DNA from: Candidatus Krumholzibacteriia bacterium
GTDB taxonomy: Bacteria > Krumholzibacteriota > Krumholzibacteriia > WVZY01
Length of the DNA: 12,484 bases
Assembly (NCBI GenBank): GCA_046754105.1
Contig: JBHHVD010000090.1
Coordinates: 1-12,484 of the forward strand
Reading direction: 5' to 3'
Each line of letters begins with the position of its first letter. Within the stretch, counting starts at the first letter, position 1. Shown here piece after piece: positions 7,954 to 12,484 of this stretch. The translations under genes were made by a program, and so were the position numbers. Below the pieces are notes generated by a model, which worked only from the letters and a program-made list of their open reading frames with translations, made no database searches and was not told where the DNA came from.

Positions 7954-8065
7954 CCGCGATGACCGGAGTGTCCGTCGCCCCGCGGCGGGTCCCCGGTGCG
8001 CGTCGTAATTGATTTTTGCCAACGAGCGATCGGCCGTTACGATCTGTCCAGGCGGGCACCGAATC

Positions 8066-8074
8066 TGCTACACT
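8066..8074 (+). promoter_or_regulatory. Extended -10 element (TGcTACACT) 6 nt before ATG 8081; candidate leaderless promoter
   Basis: TG 8066-8067, TACACT 8069-8074, spacer GGTGAT, ATG 8081. No properly spaced Shine-Dalgarno sequence. Confidence 0.55.
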
Positions 8075-8080
8075 GGTGAT

Positions 8081-11000
8081 ATGAAACGGTATCGCCTCAC
8101 TCTTGCACGTGCCCGCCTGGCCGCGCTCCTGTGGGTACTTCCCGTTCTCCTTGGGACTCCCTCCCATGCGGCCGGGCGCAGGGTCGCCCCGCAACAGTTC
8201 GCGCTCCTCAAACAGATTGATTCCCTCTTTGTGGCCTCTAACTTTGATTCCGTTCTCTCCCTGATCCGGCCGGAGCTGGAACGTGCCCGCGCGCTGGGCG
8301 ACTCCGCCTGGACCGGCAAGCTGCTCACCGCCCGTGCCCGGGCGGAAATGGTGCTCGGCCGCGGCACCGAAGCGGCCGCATCCTTCGACCTCTCGCTGCG
8401 GCTGGCCGAGGCCGCGCGCGACACCGTAAACTGGATGAATGCGCTCGGGTTCAAAGGGATGCTCGCCGCACGCCTCGGCCGCTGGGACGAATCCTCCGGG
8501 CTCAACCGGCGGCGCCTCGAACTGGCGCGTCGCGTAGGCGACCCGGTGAGCGAGGCGTGGGCACGCACGAGCCTCGCCTACATCGCGCTGCAGCACGCCG
8601 AACTGGCGGCCGCCCGCGCCGACTACCAGCGCGCTGCCGACCTCTTTCGCGGCGCCGGCCGCCGCCGCGCCGAGCTGACGGCCCTGATCGGGCTCGGGCG
8701 CGTGCTGGGCATGACGCAGGACGTCGGCGGCGCCCGCCGATGTTACGAACGCGCGTGGCGAGCGGCGGTGGAGATCGGAGACCGCGCGCAGGAAGCCGAC
8801 GCCGTCAACAACCTCGGCACCCTGGAATTCGAGTACGGCGACATGGCCGTGGCCGCGCAGTACTTCGAGCGCGTGTACGACATGAACCGCCGCGCCGGCG
8901 ACCGCCGGGCGACCCTCATTCCCGCATCGAACGTCGCTATCGCCAGGGGGTATCTCGGCCAGTACCGCGACGCGGTGGGCATACTGCAGGACGCGATCCG
9001 CACGTGCCGCGAGGAGCGCTTCGACGACCTGCTCGGAATGCTTCTCGGCGGGCTCGGCGACGTGCGCATCGCGCAGGGACGCTGGCACCGGGCGGCGGCC
9101 TTGTTCCGCGAGTCCCTCTCGCTCGGCGAGTCGCTGAGCAAGAAGCACCGCGACAGCGCCCGCCTGGGACTGGCGCGGTCGCTGGCCGCCATGGACAGCG
9201 CCGCGGCCGCGGTGAGGGTGCTCGAGGGCGCCCTTGCCTCTTCGCCGGTTCCCGAGTATGAACCGCTGATCGGCTCTTTTCTCGCCCGGTGCCTGCGCAA
9301 GACCGGGCGCAGCGGCGACGCGCTCCAACGGGCGCTTGCCGTGGCCGCAGCCGTCCGGCGCGGGGCCGGCCACCCGGCGAAGGTCCAGTCCGCCTACCAG
9401 CTCAGCGCCTGCTACCGCGCCGAGGGCCGGCCGCGGGAGGCGCTCGAGTGGTTCCGCCGCGCCGTCGCGCTCGAAGAGGAGCAGCGCCAGGAAACGGCGG
9501 CCTACGAGTGGCGCGAAGCCATGCACACGCGCTCGCTCGTCAACACCGCCGGCATCGTTCTCGAGTACCCGCCCGAGCGCCCGCGGGCGGAGCGCGTGCG
9601 CGACCTGTTCGACGTCTTCCAGCGCCTCAAGGCGCGAACGCTGATGGAACGCATTTCGGAGCCGCGCCATCGCCGCCGCTTGTTCGCCGACCTGGCCGGG
9701 CTCGAGCCCATGACCCTCGCCGCGCTGCAGCGCGACGTGTTATCGCCGGGCGAGCTCTTTCTCGATTTTGTCGTCGGCGATAACGACGCCTACCTCTTTG
9801 CGGTAACCCGCCATGCGTACCGCCTGGTCACCTTGCCCGGCGCGCGCTCCGGCCTGCCCGCAAAGGTCGAGCTGTACGGCGGGCTTCTGGCCACGCCACC
9901 CACCGGCCGCGCAGACGCGGGCGGCCCCGCGCGGCGCTCGATGCAAGAGGCGCTGGGCGAGTTGCTGCTCGGCGAGGTTGGCGACATGATCGCCTCGGCG
10001 TCGCGCCTCGTGATTTCTCCCGATGCGTATTTCAGCCTCGTGCCTTTCGGCACCCTCGTACTCGCCGGCGGCACCGGTGCGGGTGCGCCACTGGCGATCG
10101 ATAAAGAAATCCACTACGTGCCCTCGGCCATGGTACTCTCGCTGCTGCGGAGCGGGACCCTGGCCGCCGCCGAGACGACCGCGGCCGGCCGTGCAGCGCC
10201 GGTCCCAGGCGAATCGGCCCCCGCCGGCGGCACGCCGGCGCCACCCCACCTCGAAACCAACGACGGTGCTCCCGCGGCGCGGCACCTGGCACTCGCGCCC
10301 AACGGCAGCAGCGAATTGCGCGGCGCGCTCGCCGAGGTGAACTTCTTGCGGCGGCGCTTTGCCGGCTTCGAGGTCCGGGCCGGCGCCGACCGGCGGCTCC
10401 TGTCGGGTGCCGATCATGCGCACTATGAAATCCTTCACGTCGCCGCCCATGTCGATGTCAACGATGAGAAACCGTGGCGCTCGGGGATCCTGCTCGGCGC
10501 AGCGGATGGCGCCGCCGCCGCGCCCGATGTGGCGCCGACCGAAGGCGCCTTGCAAGAGGGCAGCGACGCTCTTCGGGATGCCGGCGCGGCGCGTCCCGCC
10601 AGGCCGACGGTCATCGCGCCCGACCCGTACTTGCGCGCGCGCGACATTGCCGCCTCTCGGCTGCCCGTCCGCCTCGCCGTCCTCGCCGGCTGCGAGTCGG
10701 CGCTCGGCCGCGCCTCCAGCGGCGAGGGGGTGTTGGGGCTGACGTCGGCGTTTATCAGCGCGGGCGTGCCCGCCGTGGTCGCCACGTTGTGGCCGGTGGA
10801 CGATGCCGTCACCGGCGAGCTGATGAAAGTGTTTTACGGCGAACTGGCCCGCGGCCGCACCGTCGCCGCGGCGCTTCGCCGGGCGCGACTCACCATCGGC
10901 GGGCGCCCGCGGACCCGACACCCGTTTTACTGGGCCGGATTCATTGTCGTGGGAGACGGCAACGTCGCCGTGCGCCTCGATGAGGCACCGGCTCCCCTCT

Positions 11001-11101
11001 GGCGGCAGTACTTGCCGGCCGGCGGGCTCATCGGGCTCCTGGCCCTGGCCTGGATCTTATTGCGGCAGAAGAGCTTGAGAAAACCCTCAACCGGTGTGTG
11101 A
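8081..11101 (+). CDS. TPR-CHAT domain (caspase-like, clan CD) protease with signal peptide and C-terminal TM anchor, about 1006 aa
   Basis: Signal peptide MKRYRLTLARARLAALLWVLPVLLGTPSHA. TPR-like repeats (EAWARTSLAYI..., EADAVNNLGTLEFEYGD...). CHAT motifs LVISPDAYFSLVPF, LHVAAH (His codon 10448), VLAGCES (Cys codon 10691), GEGVLGLTSAF..AG..AVVATLWPVDD and HPFYWAGF. C-terminal LIGLLALAWILLRQK. The ORF track starts at TTG 8009. Confidence 0.92.
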   Translation: MKRYRLTLARARLAALLWVLPVLLGTPSHAAGRRVAPQQFALLKQIDSLFVASNFDSVLSLIRPELERARALGDSAWTGKLLTARARAEMVLGRGTEAAASFDLSLRLAEAARDTVNWMNALGFKGMLAARLGRWDESSGLNRRRLELARRVGDPVSEAWARTSLAYIALQHAELAAARADYQRAADLFRGAGRRRAELTALIGLGRVLGMTQDVGGARRCYERAWRAAVEIGDRAQEADAVNNLGTLEFEYGDMAVAAQYFERVYDMNRRAGDRRATLIPASNVAIARGYLGQYRDAVGILQDAIRTCREERFDDLLGMLLGGLGDVRIAQGRWHRAAALFRESLSLGESLSKKHRDSARLGLARSLAAMDSAAAAVRVLEGALASSPVPEYEPLIGSFLARCLRKTGRSGDALQRALAVAAAVRRGAGHPAKVQSAYQLSACYRAEGRPREALEWFRRAVALEEEQRQETAAYEWREAMHTRSLVNTAGIVLEYPPERPRAERVRDLFDVFQRLKARTLMERISEPRHRRRLFADLAGLEPMTLAALQRDVLSPGELFLDFVVGDNDAYLFAVTRHAYRLVTLPGARSGLPAKVELYGGLLATPPTGRADAGGPARRSMQEALGELLLGEVGDMIASASRLVISPDAYFSLVPFGTLVLAGGTGAGAPLAIDKEIHYVPSAMVLSLLRSGTLAAAETTAAGRAAPVPGESAPAGGTPAPPHLETNDGAPAARHLALAPNGSSELRGALAEVNFLRRRFAGFEVRAGADRRLLSGADHAHYEILHVAAHVDVNDEKPWRSGILLGAADGAAAAPDVAPTEGALQEGSDALRDAGAARPARPTVIAPDPYLRARDIAASRLPVRLAVLAGCESALGRASSGEGVLGLTSAFISAGVPAVVATLWPVDDAVTGELMKVFYGELARGRTVAAALRRARLTIGGRPRTRHPFYWAGFIVVGDGNVAVRLDEAPAPLWRQYLPAGGLIGLLALAWILLRQKSLRKPSTGV

Positions 11102-11110
11102 TTCTGAGCG

Positions 11111-11710
11111 ATGAGTGTGTCTACCAAGGATAGGGACGACAGAGACGCGGCGGACGAGGAACTCGTGCGCGTCGCGCAGGCGGCCGGCCACACCGAGGCA
11201 GGCCGCGCCGCGATCGGCGAGTTGTTCGCGCGGTACCACAAGCGCGTGTACCTGTGGTGCTTCCGCTACGTCCGGGAACATGAAAAGGCGCTCGATCTGA
11301 GCCAGGACGTGTTTCTCAACGCGTACCGCGGACTCGGGTCGTTCGGCGGCCGGTCGAAGTTCTCGTCCTGGTTGTTCGCCATCACGCGCAACCGCGCGTT
11401 GAACGAGATGCGCCGCGTCGGTGTTTTTCAGGAAGAGGACGCCGACGCAGCGGACCTGGCTGATGAGCGAACCGACCCGGGACGGCAACTCGAGGAACGC
11501 GAGGGGCAGGAGCGCATCTACCGGCTGATCCGCACCGCGCTGGATCCGCTCGAACAGAAGGCGATCTGGCTGCGGTGTTTCGAGCGCCTGCCCGTAGATG
11601 AGATTACGGCGCTCCTGAACGTCGATTCGACGTCGGGAGCACGCGGTGTACTCCAGAGGGCGCGGCGCAAACTTAGGGCCGCCCTCGAGGACAACCCGGG
11701 AGAATCATGA
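11111..11710 (+). CDS. RNA polymerase sigma-70 family ECF sigma factor
   Basis: Region 2: LFARYHKRVY...ALDLSQDVFLNAY...SKFSSWLFAITRNRALNEMRR. Region 4: LDPLEQKAIWLR...VDEITALL...VLQRARRKLR. 199 aa, no region 3. Confidence 0.93.
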   Translation: MSVSTKDRDDRDAADEELVRVAQAAGHTEAGRAAIGELFARYHKRVYLWCFRYVREHEKALDLSQDVFLNAYRGLGSFGGRSKFSSWLFAITRNRALNEMRRVGVFQEEDADAADLADERTDPGRQLEEREGQERIYRLIRTALDPLEQKAIWLRCFERLPVDEITALLNVDSTSGARGVLQRARRKLRAALEDNPGES

Positions 11711-12366
11711 CCGTTGACTGTGTAGATATTGAGGCCCTGGCCGAGGTCCTCGCACGACCCGGCTCGGATCCAAAACGCCGGCACCTCGATGAGTGCGCGC
11801 GTTGCAGCGCTCTCGTGCTGCAATACCAGGCGTTCCTCGAGGCCGGCGCTATCGCGGGCTCGGATCCCGCGGAGGCCGACGCGCGCCTGCGCGCGTTCGT
11901 GCAATCCGTGGTCCCGAGCGCCGGGCCGCCTCAACCGTCGCCCCCCAGGCGATTCCTCTCAGCTGTACGAGCGGGGATGTTGCGGCCGGCATGGGTCGCC
12001 GCCGCACTGGTCGTCGTCATCGCCGGTACCATGTGGTGGCGGCCATGGGTCGAGCCGCAGAGGGTATTGCGGACGGCCCCGCGTTCGAGCGGCATCATTG
12101 CATTGGACGCACCGCAACCTGTGGACGAGGGCGGCGTTCGCCTGAGCTGGCAAGGGGTGGAGGGCGCCGATGCCTACCAGGTGCGCCTTTACGGGGCGGA
12201 TTTGGCGGAAATCGCCCGGCTCGACCCCGTTTCCGACACGACGCTTGTGGTACCGAGGAGTGCACTTCCGGACGGCAGGCCCACGACACTCATCTGGCGG
12301 GTCCTCGCCCTGAGCGAGGGAGATGAGATCATCGCCTCGCGACCCGCCTTTCTAGAGCTTCCGTGA
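11707..12366 (+). CDS. Putative ZAS-type transmembrane anti-sigma factor with an extracytoplasmic FN3-like domain
   Basis: ATGA overlap with the sigma gene. HLDECARC (HxxxCxxC) plus an upstream Cys, TM helix WVAAALVVVIAGTMWW, and C-terminal LSWQGVEGADAYQVRL...WRVLAL resembling FN3 strands. Confidence 0.8.
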   Translation: MTVDCVDIEALAEVLARPGSDPKRRHLDECARCSALVLQYQAFLEAGAIAGSDPAEADARLRAFVQSVVPSAGPPQPSPPRRFLSAVRAGMLRPAWVAAALVVVIAGTMWWRPWVEPQRVLRTAPRSSGIIALDAPQPVDEGGVRLSWQGVEGADAYQVRLYGADLAEIARLDPVSDTTLVVPRSALPDGRPTTLIWRVLALSEGDEIIASRPAFLELP

Positions 12367-12393
12367 ACAAGGTGGCACGAAACGGCCAATGGC

Positions 12394-12431
12394 AAAACCC
12401 GCGGGGCGCGTCGTCCCGCGGGTTTCTCTTT
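12394..12431. terminator. Bidirectional intrinsic terminator between the anti-sigma gene and the convergent tRNA
   Basis: aaacccgcggggcg (12395-12408) pairs with cgtcccgcgggttt (12412-12425), with one G-U pair and a 3-nt loop. T-rich tail TTTCTCTTT on + and TTTT on -. Confidence 0.8.
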
Positions 12432-12448
12432 GGCGCCTCGCAAGGTGG

Positions 12449-12484
12449 TGGTGCCGGAGCCCGGACTCGAACCGGGACGGGGTG
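12449..12484 (-). tRNA. 3' part of a tRNA, truncated by the window end; probably tRNA-Leu
   Basis: Minus strand ...CACCCCGT CCCGG TTCGAGT CCGGG CTCCGGC A CCA shows the T-arm, the 3' acceptor strand, discriminator A and encoded CCA. The implied 5' GCCGGAG and A73 fit Leu, but the anticodon is outside the window. Confidence 0.88.

Noticed and set aside
6544..8022. Single 492-aa LVIVD-phosphoesterase fusion protein
   Set aside because: The internal promoter, RBS and lipoprotein signal at 7548 and the absence of a credible start at 8022 favour two separate elements.
7469..9670. 733-aa minus-strand ORF
   Set aside because: Antisense shadow of the TPR-CHAT gene with no recognisable motifs; long stop-free antisense frames are expected in high-GC coding DNA.
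9740..10921. 393-aa minus-strand ORF
   Set aside because: Antisense shadow of the CHAT domain.
8081..12366. Type III-E CRISPR (Craspase) locus or anti-phage CHAT system
   Set aside because: No CRISPR array, cas genes, gasdermin-like gene or other effector in the window, and the protease appears exported and membrane-anchored. Used only as an analogy.
12368..12448. 8-bp direct repeat caaggtgg (12368-12375 and 12441-12448) flanking the terminator
   Set aside because: Too short to call an att site or target duplication, with no associated mobile gene.
12446..12451. Genomic CCACCA at the tRNA 3' end
   Set aside because: The extra CCA is in the trailer and would normally be trimmed; no evidence it acts as a degradation tag.

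Overview
GC-rich bacterial window with three blocks. (1) 1-5319 (+): two tandem AlkP-superfamily (type I phosphodiesterase/NPP-like) paralogs overlapping at ATGA, a 63-aa ribbon-helix-helix-like protein ending in an 'LEGLGY' tail, and a membrane protein resembling the DUF106/EMC3/TMCO1 (Oxa1-superfamily) layout with an inserted beta-rich domain. (2) 5554-7953 (-): a secreted DUF6503-like protein preceded by an ECF-type promoter (AAC-N16-CGTA), a lower-GC lipoprotein metallophosphoesterase with its own sigma70-type promoter, and an in-frame remnant of an LVIVD-repeat protein. (3) 8081-12366 (+): a signal-peptide TPR-CHAT (caspase-like) protease with a C-terminal membrane anchor, an ECF sigma factor and a ZAS-type transmembrane anti-sigma factor, then a bidirectional terminator and the 3' end of a convergent tRNA (probably Leu). 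The best candidate for an under-described system is the CHAT protease/ECF/anti-sigma cassette with a likely divergent target gene. The second candidate is the AlkP pair/LGY protein/Oxa1-like cluster. All family calls come from motifs recognised by eye; no searches were run.
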